Source: Spirochaetia bacterium
GTDB taxonomy: Bacteria; Spirochaetota; Spirochaetia; UBA9216
NCBI GenBank assembly: GCA_963677925.2
Contig: CAXXYH010000004.1
Coordinates: 1,984,001-2,048,000 of the forward strand
Length of the DNA stretch: 64,000 bases
Direction of reading: 5' to 3'
In this document: positions 18,643 through 28,214 of the stretch, piece after piece
How the letters are laid out: every line of letters starts with the position of its first letter
Position numbering within the stretch: position 1 is the first letter of the stretch
Notes under the pieces: generated by a model
What the model was told of the DNA's origin: nothing
Seen by the model: only the letters and a program-made list of their open reading frames with translations
Databases searched by the model: none
Program-made: the position numbers and the translations under genes

Positions 18643-19575
18643 TCATTTAATATGCTTAAATTTTACTATGGCAAACTTACCCATCTTAATGAGTCTTGTG
18701 ACTTCTGCATTTGCAAAACAGTTCCTGGTTACATCGTTACTCAGGTAAATTCTGATATCCTCTTCAGGATGAAGCTCATGTTCCTGCGTATTGATTATGA
18801 CTGCAGCATCCTGGGAAAGCAGAAGAAGTTCAGATTCCTGATGGTCCTGATAATCTTCATCCTCACTCTGTATATATATCTTAAGCCTTACTTTCTTTTT
18901 AACCGGTTCAGATTCCATCTCATGATTTACTTCAATCAAATTTTCTTTAACTTTGTTAACCTTTAACTGATAGAAAGCTATCCCCGAGTAAGAGCATGTA
19001 AAAAGTTCAATATAATCACCCGGTGAAACCTGATTCTGGATTTCATCGGTTTTAATCAGCATATTTACATCTGAAACTGAATAGATATCGGCATCAGCTG
19101 TTTCTCCGGAATTTAATGACAGCTTGACTGCTGAATTGGCCTGAAGAGATCTTGTTGTATGATCCGGTATCTGATCTATATTGTGGCTGAACCCCAGTTT
19201 TGCTGAAAGTGAATCGAGCAAATCAGTTCTGATAGTAGAAACAGCAGAGAGATATTCGGCTGCATGTCTGAATGTTCCGCGATTTGTAAGCAGAAGATAC
19301 TTTTTATCGGAATCTTTCAGGTATACAGATAATTCATCAATTAAATCAAGTTCATTTATAGTAAGGTTTAGTTTGCGGATTAGTTTTTCGTAACGGTTTC
19401 TGACTGTAATTCTTGTCTTCCGTCTCTGGGTTCCCTTCAGTATCAACGCCAGAATACTGAATATTACTATGATAGATACAATAATTGTCAGAAATGTAAA
19501 TTCTTCTGTTCTGGTAGTCGCGTTTAGTGCTTTTTTTATTGCATCAAGAACTGTTTGTGTTGTTTCATTATTCAT
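18643..19575 (-). CDS. single-pass membrane protein with a possible degenerate PilZ-like C-terminus
   Basis: One N-terminal TM; C-terminal beta-rich region (LLSQDAAVI...AEVTR...AIVKF) resembles PilZ, but no clear RxxxR. Start taken at MNNET. Confidence 0.45.
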   Translation of the reverse strand: MNNETTQTVLDAIKKALNATTRTEEFTFLTIIVSIIVIFSILALILKGTQRRKTRITVRNRYEKLIRKLNLTINELDLIDELSVYLKDSDKKYLLLTNRGTFRHAAEYLSAVSTIRTDLLDSLSAKLGFSHNIDQIPDHTTRSLQANSAVKLSLNSGETADADIYSVSDVNMLIKTDEIQNQVSPGDYIELFTCSYSGIAFYQLKVNKVKENLIEVNHEMESEPVKKKVRLKIYIQSEDEDYQDHQESELLLLSQDAAVIINTQEHELHPEEDIRIYLSNDVTRNCFANAEVTRLIKMGKFAIVKFKHIK

Positions 19576-19634
19576 ATCTCTTATTCTTAATCTTAGTTGC
19601 AGATATGTCAATCATAATACACTGTGTGATATTC

Positions 19635-20270
19635 TTAAAAGGGAACCGGTGAACTGAACTCTATTTTTTCCCCTGTCTCAGGATGATAAAAAGCAATCTC
19701 CGAAGCATGAAGCAGCAGCCGTTCTCCCGGTTTACGGCTGCCGTAAAGCCGATCTCCGCAGATGGGATGTCCAAGACCAAGCGGGTGGGCTGAATGGACC
19801 CTGAGCTGATGAGTTCTTCCGGTAAGCGGTGTAAACTCAATTCTCGTTTTTGTATCTTCGATAGATAATTTTTTCCAAAGTGTGATGCCTTTTCTTCCAT
19901 TTACAGGATCATGAACCTGGTATGGACGGTTATCAGGATCCAGTCTGAAGTAAAGTTCGATCCGGCCTTCATCACCTTTAATCAGGCCGTCAAGAACTGC
20001 AATATATCTTTTAGATACAGTTCTCTGCTGAAACTGTATTGAGAGGGCTCGGAGAGCCTCTGTGGTCTTTGCATAAACCATTACTCCGCTGGTGTCCATA
20101 TCCAGCCTGTGCGCAGCCGGGTTATTAACTATTCCCGGAAACTTTTCTTTAAGTATGCTTACAACGCAGTACTGTTTGTCCTCCCCCCTGCCGGGAACCG
20201 ACAGCAGGCCCTCTGGTTTATTGATAACTATAATACTCTCATCATCATAAATAATAAAATCATCTTTCAT
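19635..20270 (-). CDS. rluA: RluA-family pseudouridine synthase
   Basis: VINKPEGLLSVPG, HRLDMDTSG, PLTGRTHQLRVH, GDRLYG, LLLHA. ATG at 20270 overlaps the upstream TGA (ATGA). Confidence 0.92.
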   Translation of the reverse strand: MKDDFIIYDDESIIVINKPEGLLSVPGRGEDKQYCVVSILKEKFPGIVNNPAAHRLDMDTSGVMVYAKTTEALRALSIQFQQRTVSKRYIAVLDGLIKGDEGRIELYFRLDPDNRPYQVHDPVNGRKGITLWKKLSIEDTKTRIEFTPLTGRTHQLRVHSAHPLGLGHPICGDRLYGSRKPGERLLLHASEIAFYHPETGEKIEFSSPVPF

Positions 20271-20950
20271 AAAACCATCCCGCTGCCCTGCAGCATAAAA
20301 CTCATAAGCGGTCCGCATTTTTCTTCACAGGGTGTATAAAATTCCCCATGTTTACGCTTTCCCGACTTATTTTCGGGGCCGTAAAAAAATTCGATCAAAT
20401 CAAGCGGTTTCAGATTATATAAAACCGCTGAATTAAGCAGTTTCGGTGCACAGCAGTCTCCTGTTCCCGACGGTATTCCCTTCCTGTCTTTAAAAAGTTC
20501 AAACAGTGACGTTGTATCACCTCTAAAGTTTCTAATATTGTACATTGCATGTATATCATGCATAAACTCTCTGGAAAGTTCCCTGCGCTTATTTTCAAGA
20601 CTTACCCGTTCCGGAGTGCCGGGGCTCATAGAGTTTATTTCTTTGCCCAGATTTTTTATCTCCGGATCCCGCTGCTCTACCATCAATGTGAATTCTTCAG
20701 TATCCAGAATAGGGTTTACCCATCCCGGAACATTCCAGTGTCCGTTGTACTGTCCGCTGAATGCTTTAAGCACTTTATCAGCACCATCAGCTGTTCTGCA
20801 CAGGAGCACTCCGAACATCTGACCGCCTCCGGTTCCAAACAGATAATCCGTGGATAACGCCGTATTGGGGATCTCACTCTCAAAATCAATTCTTTTAAAT
20901 GATTCCAGCTTATTTATTAGTTCTACAGCATACTCTTTTGCATTCTGCAT
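20267..20950 (-). CDS. stand-alone homolog of the N-terminal domain of long-form RluA proteins
   Basis: GQMFGVLL, LKAFSG, PSGTGDCCAPKLL, EFFYG and HGEFYTPCEEKC motifs. Start taken at MQNAK; the ORF track extension overlaps the upstream gene. Confidence 0.65.
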   Translation of the reverse strand: MQNAKEYAVELINKLESFKRIDFESEIPNTALSTDYLFGTGGGQMFGVLLCRTADGADKVLKAFSGQYNGHWNVPGWVNPILDTEEFTLMVEQRDPEIKNLGKEINSMSPGTPERVSLENKRRELSREFMHDIHAMYNIRNFRGDTTSLFELFKDRKGIPSGTGDCCAPKLLNSAVLYNLKPLDLIEFFYGPENKSGKRKHGEFYTPCEEKCGPLMSFMLQGSGMVL

Positions 20951-20961
20951 TTTTTCTCTCT

Positions 20962-21642
20962 TTAGATAAACTCCCTTTGACGGTACCTGGATAATGAGAA
21001 CCTGAAGGCCGCTAAGAGCATCAATCCGGATAAAACAGGCATTACTGTGTTGATAATATATCTGTGTAAACCTGTCAGAATACCGATTGCATCCTGAAAC
21101 GAGTCCGGTGTTTTTCTGGTAAGTTCCGGGCACAATTTCATTACTATCGTGTATATACCCAGTACCGCTATCATGGCAATATAATTAGCCCACCTGCTTT
21201 TATGGTAGCCCATGCTGAAATATAATGGAAAATAGATGCTGAAGTAAACTGCGGGAAAGAATATAAACTGAATCAGCAGATCTGCAGAAAATACGTCTTC
21301 AATACGTATTTCAGCAATAAAGAATGACATAACGACGATCGATACGCTTCTGATGATATTAAATAAAAGAAGATAAATACCTATACTGATGAACTTCGCT
21401 GCAACTAATTCACCCCGGCTTACCGGCATTGCTGCGAATGCACGATCGGTCTGATATTTATCATCAAGGGCATTAGCATAAACAATATATATGTAAGCAG
21501 CTGCGATATACGGCAATATTATGAAAATTGAATCACTGCCGGAACTTACGGCAAATGCGCTCAGCACAGGCATCAGCAGCATATATACAGCAGATTTTCC
21601 GCCTTTCTGTATTAAAAAATCCTTATAAACCAGACTCAGCAT
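20962..21642 (-). CDS. ABC-2 type transporter permease
   Basis: 6 TM; LVYKDF and AMPVSRGELVAAKF motifs. Confidence 0.85.
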   Translation of the reverse strand: MLSLVYKDFLIQKGGKSAVYMLLMPVLSAFAVSSGSDSIFIILPYIAAAYIYIVYANALDDKYQTDRAFAAMPVSRGELVAAKFISIGIYLLLFNIIRSVSIVVMSFFIAEIRIEDVFSADLLIQFIFFPAVYFSIYFPLYFSMGYHKSRWANYIAMIAVLGIYTIVMKLCPELTRKTPDSFQDAIGILTGLHRYIINTVMPVLSGLMLLAAFRFSLSRYRQREFI

Positions 21643-22525
21643 TTTTTTCTCCTTTAAGCATGGTAAGCATCAATTCTTCAAGACTGGGCCTGCTGATTAT
21701 CAGATCACGGGAATCTATCTGCCGGCTGAATATCTTCCGGGTGAGTTCCATATTGTCAGTTATTCCGGTAAAATGCGTGTCGCGCCTGTTTATATAGCCG
21801 ATACTTCCCGAGGTATCGCGATCAAGAAGATCAATTCTGCCTTTCACAAGCCGGAACCGGTCACTGAGAGAATCCATAGGCTCATTGAAAACTATTTTTC
21901 CGTCTTTTAGAAAGGCTATATAATCAGCAATCTTTTCCAAATCAGTTGTGATGTGACTCGAGAATATAACCGAGATTTCTTCCTCAGCAATCCTCTGCTG
22001 CAGAAGGTCAAGGATTTCCGATCTGAACAGAGGATCAAGGCCTGATGTAGGTTCATCCATGATAATTAATTCCGCCTGATGTGAAAGGGCAATTGCAAGA
22101 GAATACTTCATCTTCATCCCCTTTGAAAGGGTCTCAATTTTCCTTGCCGGATCCAGTCCGAAATCACTTATGTAGCTATTATACGCGGCTGAATCCCAAT
22201 TTTTATATAGTTTTGAGACTATCCCGGTCATTTCCCTGAGGGTCAGCTGCTGGTACCAGGGCGGTTCATCGAATACAAAACCTATACGCTGTTTAATCTC
22301 TTTTTCTGCATTGAAAAGATCTTCACCGAATATCTTAATGTCGCCGCTGTCTCGATTTATAAGATTGAGGATTAATTTAATCAGAGTTGTTTTGCCGGCT
22401 CCATTAGGTCCTATCAGGCCCAGAATATAGCCTTTTTCAAGCGAAATAGATACATTTTCAAGGCTGAAGGTGCTTGATTGATCATATCGTTTTGATATGC
22501 CGCTTATTTCGATTACAGGTGGCAT
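21623..22525 (-). CDS. ABC transporter ATP-binding protein (YtrB-like)
   Basis: GPNGAGKTT, LSKGMKMK, IIMDEPTSGLD, FSSH. Confidence 0.92.
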   Translation of the reverse strand: MPPVIEISGISKRYDQSSTFSLENVSISLEKGYILGLIGPNGAGKTTLIKLILNLINRDSGDIKIFGEDLFNAEKEIKQRIGFVFDEPPWYQQLTLREMTGIVSKLYKNWDSAAYNSYISDFGLDPARKIETLSKGMKMKYSLAIALSHQAELIIMDEPTSGLDPLFRSEILDLLQQRIAEEEISVIFSSHITTDLEKIADYIAFLKDGKIVFNEPMDSLSDRFRLVKGRIDLLDRDTSGSIGYINRRDTHFTGITDNMELTRKIFSRQIDSRDLIISRPSLEELMLTMLKGEKNAESGL

Positions 22526-22526
22526 T

Positions 22527-22901
22527 TCAGTTTTCCTCCTTTAAGATTCGAAGCATGTCTGCAATTTCATTAATATCAAGATTTAGGTAATCAGCCTGCT
22601 TGATTACTTCGGATAGCAGCTCTTCCAGCAGTCTAAGCCGTCTTTCCCTGAGCATTGAATTATTATCTGCCGCAAAGCAGCCTTTTCCGGGGATGGTAAC
22701 TATAAGCCCTTCCTTTTCCAGCTCATCATAGGCTCTTTTCGTTGTAATTACGCTTATCGAAAGCTCTGCCGCCATACTGCGGATTGAAGGCAGTGGTTCT
22801 CCTCCCTCAATTTCTCCGTTCATGATCGACTTTCGAAGCTGAGAGACTATCTGTTCGTACAAGGGCAAATCTGAACTGTTTGATATGACAATATTTAACA
22901 T
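22527..22901 (-). CDS. GntR-family, YtrA-subfamily regulator
   Basis: PLYEQI, LPSIRSMAAELSISVITTKRAYDELEKEG, PGKG; short C-terminus. Start taken at MLNIV. Confidence 0.92.
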   Translation of the reverse strand: MLNIVISNSSDLPLYEQIVSQLRKSIMNGEIEGGEPLPSIRSMAAELSISVITTKRAYDELEKEGLIVTIPGKGCFAADNNSMLRERRLRLLEELLSEVIKQADYLNLDINEIADMLRILKEEN

Positions 22902-22908
22902 ACTTCCT

Positions 22909-22958
22909 CTGTTATAACTGTATATGATAAAATATACACAGTTATAACAGTATGTCAA
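22909..22958 (-). promoter_or_regulatory. YtrA-type operator overlapping the promoter
   Basis: Perfect 13-bp inverted repeat CTGTTATAACTGT (22909-22921) / ACAGTTATAACAG (22938-22950) around a TGTATAT..ATATACA core; TTGACA on the minus strand at 22958-22953. Confidence 0.75.
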
Positions 22959-22967
22959 GCAAGGAAT

Positions 22968-23468
22968 CTAATAATCAGTGATTTTTATAAATGAAGATAT
23001 GTATTTAATAAACCCGTCGATTTCTTCAGGGGCCAGCAGGTAGGTTTTGTCTGCGGTTATGAAGACAGCCGCAGAATCATTCTGCATGGTTATAAGCTTG
23101 ACGTTTTCACCGCCCGCTATCCTGAATGTACCGGCTCTGAAGCCTCCCATTGCTATTCCATTCAGTTTTACAGATGGTTTCCATTCGGTTTCGGTATAGT
23201 CGGGGACATAAAGTACCTGCTGAACCTCATCCCAGCTGAATTTTATTTTTCCATAGCTTGTAGAGATGATACCATTTTCATCAGCAATTATTTTTGCAGG
23301 TCTGCCGAAACTGAAAAAAACAAAACCGAATACAACAACTACAATACAGAGTGCAATCAGTTTTTTGTTCCAGTCACCTTTTTTCAAAAACATGCTGAAA
23401 GTGATTGCAACAAGAGTAATAATTAATAAAATTAGAATGAAACCTGAAGAATTAACTGTAATTTCCAT
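22968..23468 (-). CDS. membrane-anchored bacterial PH-domain protein
   Basis: Two TMs, then KLNGIAMGGFRAGTF...KTYLLAPE (bPH-like). Confidence 0.65.
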   Translation of the reverse strand: MEITVNSSGFILILLIITLVAITFSMFLKKGDWNKKLIALCIVVVVFGFVFFSFGRPAKIIADENGIISTSYGKIKFSWDEVQQVLYVPDYTETEWKPSVKLNGIAMGGFRAGTFRIAGGENVKLITMQNDSAAVFITADKTYLLAPEEIDGFIKYISSFIKITDY

Positions 23469-23517
23469 ATTGATACCTCGTATTAGATATACAGGTTTAT
23501 GGGAAAGTTATTCACTA

Positions 23518-23970
23518 TCAGCTATTTTCTTCTTCACTGTTGAATAGATACATGAACTCTTCCTGTGAAACCAGTTCTTCGTTTTCTCCTGATTCCTGGA
23601 GTTCAGCAAGGCTTTCTTCAAGTGATGAAGATGCTTTGCGATAATCTGCCGAAATGTTCATGAAGTCATTCTTATATGTCATTATATGTTCAGAAAAGGG
23701 CAGCTTCCCTGTTGTCAGTTCATCTATCAGATCAGTAAAGAAACCGGTAACCCGTATCATTTCCTTAAGATTTTCAGGCTGTTTCAGCATACTTGCTTCA
23801 GTTATGGAAGCGTAAAGCTCCTTCAGCGCCTTGTTTATAAAGAGAACCTGGTTGACCACGTACTCAAGAAAAATAGAGGAATCTATGTTTATAGAACAGC
23901 CTTTTCGCAGTGTGCGAAGCATATCGTTGAGCAGGAAAAGGTTTTCTTCATAATGTATCATACTTGCCAT
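23518..23970 (-). CDS. hypothetical helical protein
   Basis: 150-aa ORF with GAGGG RBS, divergent from rpsF; acidic tail ELVSQEEF. Confidence 0.65.
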   Translation of the reverse strand: MASMIHYEENLFLLNDMLRTLRKGCSINIDSSIFLEYVVNQVLFINKALKELYASITEASMLKQPENLKEMIRVTGFFTDLIDELTTGKLPFSEHIMTYKNDFMNISADYRKASSSLEESLAELQESGENEELVSQEEFMYLFNSEEENS

Positions 23971-24004
23971 AATACCCTCATTTTCGGCTGAAAACTCCTC
24001 ATAC

Positions 24005-24033
24005 TTGACATTGAAAAAGCACTATGATAGTCT
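24005..24033 (+). promoter_or_regulatory. sigma70 promoter of the rpsF operon
   Basis: TTGACA (24005-24010), 17 bp, TAGTCT (24028-24033) with extended TG. Confidence 0.65.
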
Positions 24034-24040
24034 CAACCGA

Positions 24041-24091
24041 CCTCTTTATCCGCCTCGGTATGAGATGCGGATCATTAAGACCATAGGGAGG
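24041..24091 (+). ncRNA. putative S6:S18 ribosomal-protein leader (cis-regulatory RNA)
   Basis: CCTCT strand, hairpin ATCCGC..GCGGAT, an unpaired CC motif, then the SD GGGAGG, which can pair with the 5' CCTCT; directly upstream of rpsF. Confidence 0.55.
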
Positions 24092-24095
24092 AAAA

Positions 24096-24377
24096 ATGAG
24101 AAACTACGAAGTTGTTTTTATTTTCCGAACAGATGCTGACAATTACAAAGTCGGGCTGGAAAAAGTTAAAGAAGAATTAGCAAAAGCCGGTGCAAATATC
24201 CTTAAAGAAGAGGATATGGGTGACCGGGAACTGGCCTACCAGATCAAAAAGGAAGCAAGAGGGCATTATGTCCTTCTGGACATTGAAGTTGCTCCTGACA
24301 AAATTGTTTCCATCGAAAAGGATATCAAGCTTTTTAACGAAGTTCTCAAATTCTTATTCATAAAAAAAGAACAATAA
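24096..24377 (+). CDS. rpsF: 30S ribosomal protein S6
   Basis: MRNYEVVFI, MGDRELAYQIKK, GHY. Confidence 0.96.
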   Translation: MRNYEVVFIFRTDADNYKVGLEKVKEELAKAGANILKEEDMGDRELAYQIKKEARGHYVLLDIEVAPDKIVSIEKDIKLFNEVLKFLFIKKEQ

Positions 24378-24402
24378 ATTTCGTATAAGGAGCTGACTGC
24401 AT

Positions 24403-24870
24403 ATGGAAGATGTAAATTATGTAATCATGATAGGACGGCTTACCCGTGACGCGGAACTGAAATATACCAATTCCGGTCTTGCTGTAAGCAGCTTTTCTCT
24501 CGCTGTCAATCGAAGAAAGAGGTCAGGCGACAGTTGGGAAGATGAAGTATCGTTCTTTGATCTTGCACTTTTTGGAAAGCGTGCCGAATCCCTTAACCAG
24601 TACCTTACAAAGGGTCAGCAGGTTGCTGTAGAAGGTTCACTTCAGCAGGACCGGTGGGAACAGGACGGAAAATCAAGAAGCAAGGTCAGGATTATTGCAA
24701 ATAATATTCAGCTCCTGGGCGGCCGCGGCGGACAAGGCGGCGGTTTTCAGAAGGGCGGAGGAGCTCCGGGTGGAAGAAACAATTCCGGAAACGGATTTGG
24801 TGAAGAAGATAAATTCTATCCCGACAACAACAATTACTCCGCAGATTTTGAAGATGATATTCCATTCTAG
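24403..24870 (+). CDS. ssb: single-stranded DNA-binding protein
   Basis: IGRLTRDAELKYT; C-terminal DDIPF. Confidence 0.97.
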   Translation: MEDVNYVIMIGRLTRDAELKYTNSGLAVSSFSLAVNRRKRSGDSWEDEVSFFDLALFGKRAESLNQYLTKGQQVAVEGSLQQDRWEQDGKSRSKVRIIANNIQLLGGRGGQGGGFQKGGGAPGGRNNSGNGFGEEDKFYPDNNNYSADFEDDIPF

Positions 24871-24885
24871 ACAGGAGATTTAGAC

Positions 24886-25170
24886 ATGAGTGATGATAAT
24901 AGAAAGAACGATTCTATGGATAAGGGTGATGACAAAGGCGGATACAAAGGCCGCAATAAGACCTTCTTCAAGAAGAAAGTTTGTCGTTTCTGCACCCAGA
25001 AAGTAGTGATGGATTATAAAAATCCTGAAGTACTTAGAAGATTTGTTACAGAAAGCGGTAAAATACTGCCAAGAAGAATTACAGGGACATGTGCCAAACA
25101 CCAGAGACAGCTTGCCACTGAAATCAAAAGAGCAAGAGTGTTGGCTCTTCTTCCGTTCATGAAGAGATAA
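24886..25170 (+). CDS. rpsR: 30S ribosomal protein S18 (Zn-binding form)
   Basis: [27 protein letters not shown]. Confidence 0.97.
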   Translation: MSDDNRKNDSMDKGDDKGGYKGRNKTFFKKKVCRFCTQKVVMDYKNPEVLRRFVTESGKILPRRITGTCAKHQRQLATEIKRARVLALLPFMKR

Positions 25171-25173
25171 GGG

Positions 25174-26166
25174 ATGCTTCAGGTCAGAGACATAGGCAGC
25201 TGGAAAGATATAGGTGCTGCAGTGCTGATATCAGCGATATTCAGTCAGTTCGGAATGCTTATATTTTTTATGACACTGCCTCTATATGTTCTGTCGGCCA
25301 GAAGAAATTCCAGAGTCGTCATGACGGCGGCTTTATCCGTACTGGCGGTTAATCTTTTAATCGACGTATGGAACATGAGAGCGGTTACTGATACCGGTCT
25401 AAAGTGGGCGGTAATCGTCCTGGATATGATGATTCCGGTGCTTTTAACACTGGGCTTGTTCTTTGTCATAAATATTTTTCCGGGAATGACGGGAAAAAGA
25501 AAACTGTATAAACTGTTCGCTGCTACTGTTTTTTCAGTAGTTATAAGCCTGCCGGTATTCTTTATACTAAAGAACAACCAATTGTTTATATCTGCAATTG
25601 AGGAACAGTTTACTGCGATGGGCAGTATGTTTTTCAACAGTGAAAACAGAAATTTTGAAACAGAACTGATGCAGACGTATTTCGACGGTGAAACCTTTTT
25701 GGAATATCTGAAAGGATTTTATCTGAGATCTATAGTATTTATTTACTTTACGCTGCTTGCAGGGCTTACCAGAATGGGCGATGTTCTTCTGGCAAGATTC
25801 AGCAGGCGAAAGCTGCTTAATATCAGAGATTTTAAACTACCGGAGTTTTTACTCTGGCCGTTTCTTATTTCAGGAGCTCTGCTTGCTGTAGAAGTTTTTG
25901 AGCTGTTTAGTTTTTCTTATTTCTCTCCGGTAATCTGGAACGTGGGCTTTATTCTACTTCTGCTTTACGGATTGCAGGGACTTGCAATTATGAGAAGCCT
26001 GTATGTCAGATTTCGCATTCCCCCCGGACTTCAGCTTATGACTGAATTTATTTTCATTCTGCTGCTGTTTATGCCCGGTGTGAATTATATCGTGATAATA
26101 GGAATACCGCTGCTTGGAGTATCGGAAACCTGGATCAACTTACGAAAACCTATGAAGGAGTATTAA
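25174..26166 (+). CDS. DUF2232/YybS-like membrane protein
   Basis: Multi-TM; FKLPEFLLW and LYGLQGLAI; lies between rpsR and rplI. Confidence 0.75.
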   Translation: MLQVRDIGSWKDIGAAVLISAIFSQFGMLIFFMTLPLYVLSARRNSRVVMTAALSVLAVNLLIDVWNMRAVTDTGLKWAVIVLDMMIPVLLTLGLFFVINIFPGMTGKRKLYKLFAATVFSVVISLPVFFILKNNQLFISAIEEQFTAMGSMFFNSENRNFETELMQTYFDGETFLEYLKGFYLRSIVFIYFTLLAGLTRMGDVLLARFSRRKLLNIRDFKLPEFLLWPFLISGALLAVEVFELFSFSYFSPVIWNVGFILLLLYGLQGLAIMRSLYVRFRIPPGLQLMTEFIFILLLFMPGVNYIVIIGIPLLGVSETWINLRKPMKEY

Positions 26167-26169
26167 ACC

Positions 26170-26805
26170 GTGAAGATAATACTTAACGAAGATGTATATA
26201 ACCTCGGAGAAGAGGGCGATGTATGTGTCGTTGCAGACGGTTATGCAAGAAACTACCTGATTCCTCAGGGACTTGCTGTTCTCTGCAACAAACAGTCGTT
26301 ATCTATGTTCGAACATAAAAAAGAAGCTATCGAGAAAAGAAAAGAAGAGAAGAGAAAAGAAGCTCTTGGCCTCAAGGAAAAACTTGAAGGTCTTACTCTT
26401 ACAATAAAAATGCCTGCCGGTGAAACAGGTAAACTTTTCGGTTCTGTAACCAATGCAGTTATTGCTGATGCTCTTGAGAAAGAGGGTGTTACAGTCGAGA
26501 AAAAGAAAATTGATGTTCCTACATCGAACATCAAAATGATTGGAAAATACACAGTTCTTGTTAAACTTTACAGCGGTGAGCTTGCGAAAATTGAGATCAT
26601 TGTAGAGAGTGTTGACGGAAAAGCTGAAGCTGCTCTTGCCAAGAAGCAGGAAGCTATGGCTGCAAAAGCTGCCAGGAAGGAAGCTGCTTCAGGAGCTGAA
26701 GAAACTGTAGACGCAGAAGAAGCTGAAGCTTCTGAAGAAGTGGAAGCCGAAGACGAGGTTGAAGCGGAAACTGAAGATGATTCTGCTGATTCAGATGAAG
26801 AGTAA
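26170..26805 (+). CDS. rplI: 50S ribosomal protein L9 with acidic C-terminal extension
   Basis: MKIILNEDVYNLG, VADGYARNYLIP, GKLFGSVT. Confidence 0.97.
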   Translation: MKIILNEDVYNLGEEGDVCVVADGYARNYLIPQGLAVLCNKQSLSMFEHKKEAIEKRKEEKRKEALGLKEKLEGLTLTIKMPAGETGKLFGSVTNAVIADALEKEGVTVEKKKIDVPTSNIKMIGKYTVLVKLYSGELAKIEIIVESVDGKAEAALAKKQEAMAAKAARKEAASGAEETVDAEEAEASEEVEAEDEVEAETEDDSADSDEE

Positions 26806-26813
26806 CAGGAGTT

Positions 26814-28151
26814 ATGACTCCTGAAGTCCTGAAGGATAAAGTTCCGCCTCATAACGACGATGCCGAAAAGGCATCAATAGGGGCGATGCTCCTTGATCAG
26901 GACGCAATAGATTCGGTCCTCAGATATCTGAGGGCTGATGATTTCTATCGAACCGCACATAAAAAAATATTTCAGGCTATTATTGATCTCACAAACGCAT
27001 CCCAACCGGTTGATCTTATTACTCTTGCGGAAAAACTCCGTGAGAAAGGCGAAATAGAACAGTGCGGTGGACCTGCGTATATCAGTACTCTCTCGGATTT
27101 TGTACCTACCGCAGCCAACGTTGAGTATTATGCAAAGATTGTACGTGACTGCAGTGTAAGAAGACTTCTGATTAAAACGGCTTCTGAGATGATAGCATCT
27201 GCTCACGATGAAACGCTTGACGGCAGTGAGATTATCGAGGAATCCGAGAAGAAAATCTTTGAGATTGCTGATGGTAGTACATCCAGTACCTATAAAAATG
27301 CCGGTGATGTTGTTTCCAGGACCATTGAGGCCATTGAAAAGCTTTATCATACGAAAGATGCATATACCGGAGTCCCTTCCGGTTTTTCAGATCTTGATCA
27401 TATGACCAGCGGTTTTCAGAAATCAGAGTTCATAATTATTGGTGCACGTCCGTCTATCGGTAAAACTGCTCTGGCTCTTACTATGGCCTCGAATATTGCA
27501 GTTAAGCAGAAAATAAGCGTCGGCTTTTTCTCTCTTGAAATGTCTGACATGGCGCTTATGCAGCGTCTTGTTTCTTCAGAAGCAAGAATCAACTCAGGAG
27601 CCCTCCGTTCTGGAATGTTTAAAATGTCCGACTTTTCAAAACTGACCGAGGCTGCATCAAGAATCTATGAAGCTCCCTTATTCATAGATGATACACCCAA
27701 TATGAAACTTCTTCAGATTAGATCCACAGCAAGGCGCCTCAAGGCTCAGGAAGATGTGCAGATCATTTTTATTGACTATATTGGTCTTATTGAACCTGAA
27801 AATAAGGGTAGAACACCCAGGCATGAACAGGTTGGTGAGATTTCAAGGTCTTTAAAGGCTCTGGCCAGAGAGCTGGAAGTTCCGGTAATTGTTCTCTCTC
27901 AGGTAGGCCGGCAATCAGAGGGTGAGCCACCAAAACTCTCAGACCTGAGGGAATCAGGTTCCATCGAGCAGGATGCTGATGTTGTAATGTTTCTGCATAG
28001 AGATAGAGGTATTGAGGGTGAGGATCAGGATGCAGGACGAAAGACTGAACTGATAGTTGCCAAACAGAGAAACGGTCCTGTAGGAAAGGTTGATCTTGCC
28101 TTTATTCCGCAATACACTAGATTTGAATCGTTCAGCAGAGAATACAACTGA
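26814..28151 (+). CDS. dnaB: replicative DNA helicase DnaB
   Basis: PPHN..AE, GARPSIGKT, FSLEM, IDYIGL, LSQ, DLRESGSIEQDAD, KQRNGP; no intein. Confidence 0.97.
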   Translation: MTPEVLKDKVPPHNDDAEKASIGAMLLDQDAIDSVLRYLRADDFYRTAHKKIFQAIIDLTNASQPVDLITLAEKLREKGEIEQCGGPAYISTLSDFVPTAANVEYYAKIVRDCSVRRLLIKTASEMIASAHDETLDGSEIIEESEKKIFEIADGSTSSTYKNAGDVVSRTIEAIEKLYHTKDAYTGVPSGFSDLDHMTSGFQKSEFIIIGARPSIGKTALALTMASNIAVKQKISVGFFSLEMSDMALMQRLVSSEARINSGALRSGMFKMSDFSKLTEAASRIYEAPLFIDDTPNMKLLQIRSTARRLKAQEDVQIIFIDYIGLIEPENKGRTPRHEQVGEISRSLKALARELEVPVIVLSQVGRQSEGEPPKLSDLRESGSIEQDADVVMFLHRDRGIEGEDQDAGRKTELIVAKQRNGPVGKVDLAFIPQYTRFESFSREYN

Positions 28152-28156
28152 TACAT

Positions 28157-28183
28157 TAAGAAGTTTTCTCTGCTGTCCGATAA
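28157..28183 (+). promoter_or_regulatory. sigma28-like promoter upstream of the ComFB-family gene
   Basis: TAAG (28157-28160)-N15-TCCGATAA (28176-28183). Confidence 0.4.
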
Positions 28184-28214
28184 TTAATCTATCGAACACT
28201 TAAAGGGGATACTT

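Noticed and set aside
20962-22958. GntR-ABC operon with a long palindrome
   Set aside because: Standard YtrA-type regulon; listed as features, not novel.
8517-23500. tRNA-anchored genomic island or prophage
   Set aside because: No integrase, transposase or phage genes, and I found no duplicated tRNA 3' end by eye.
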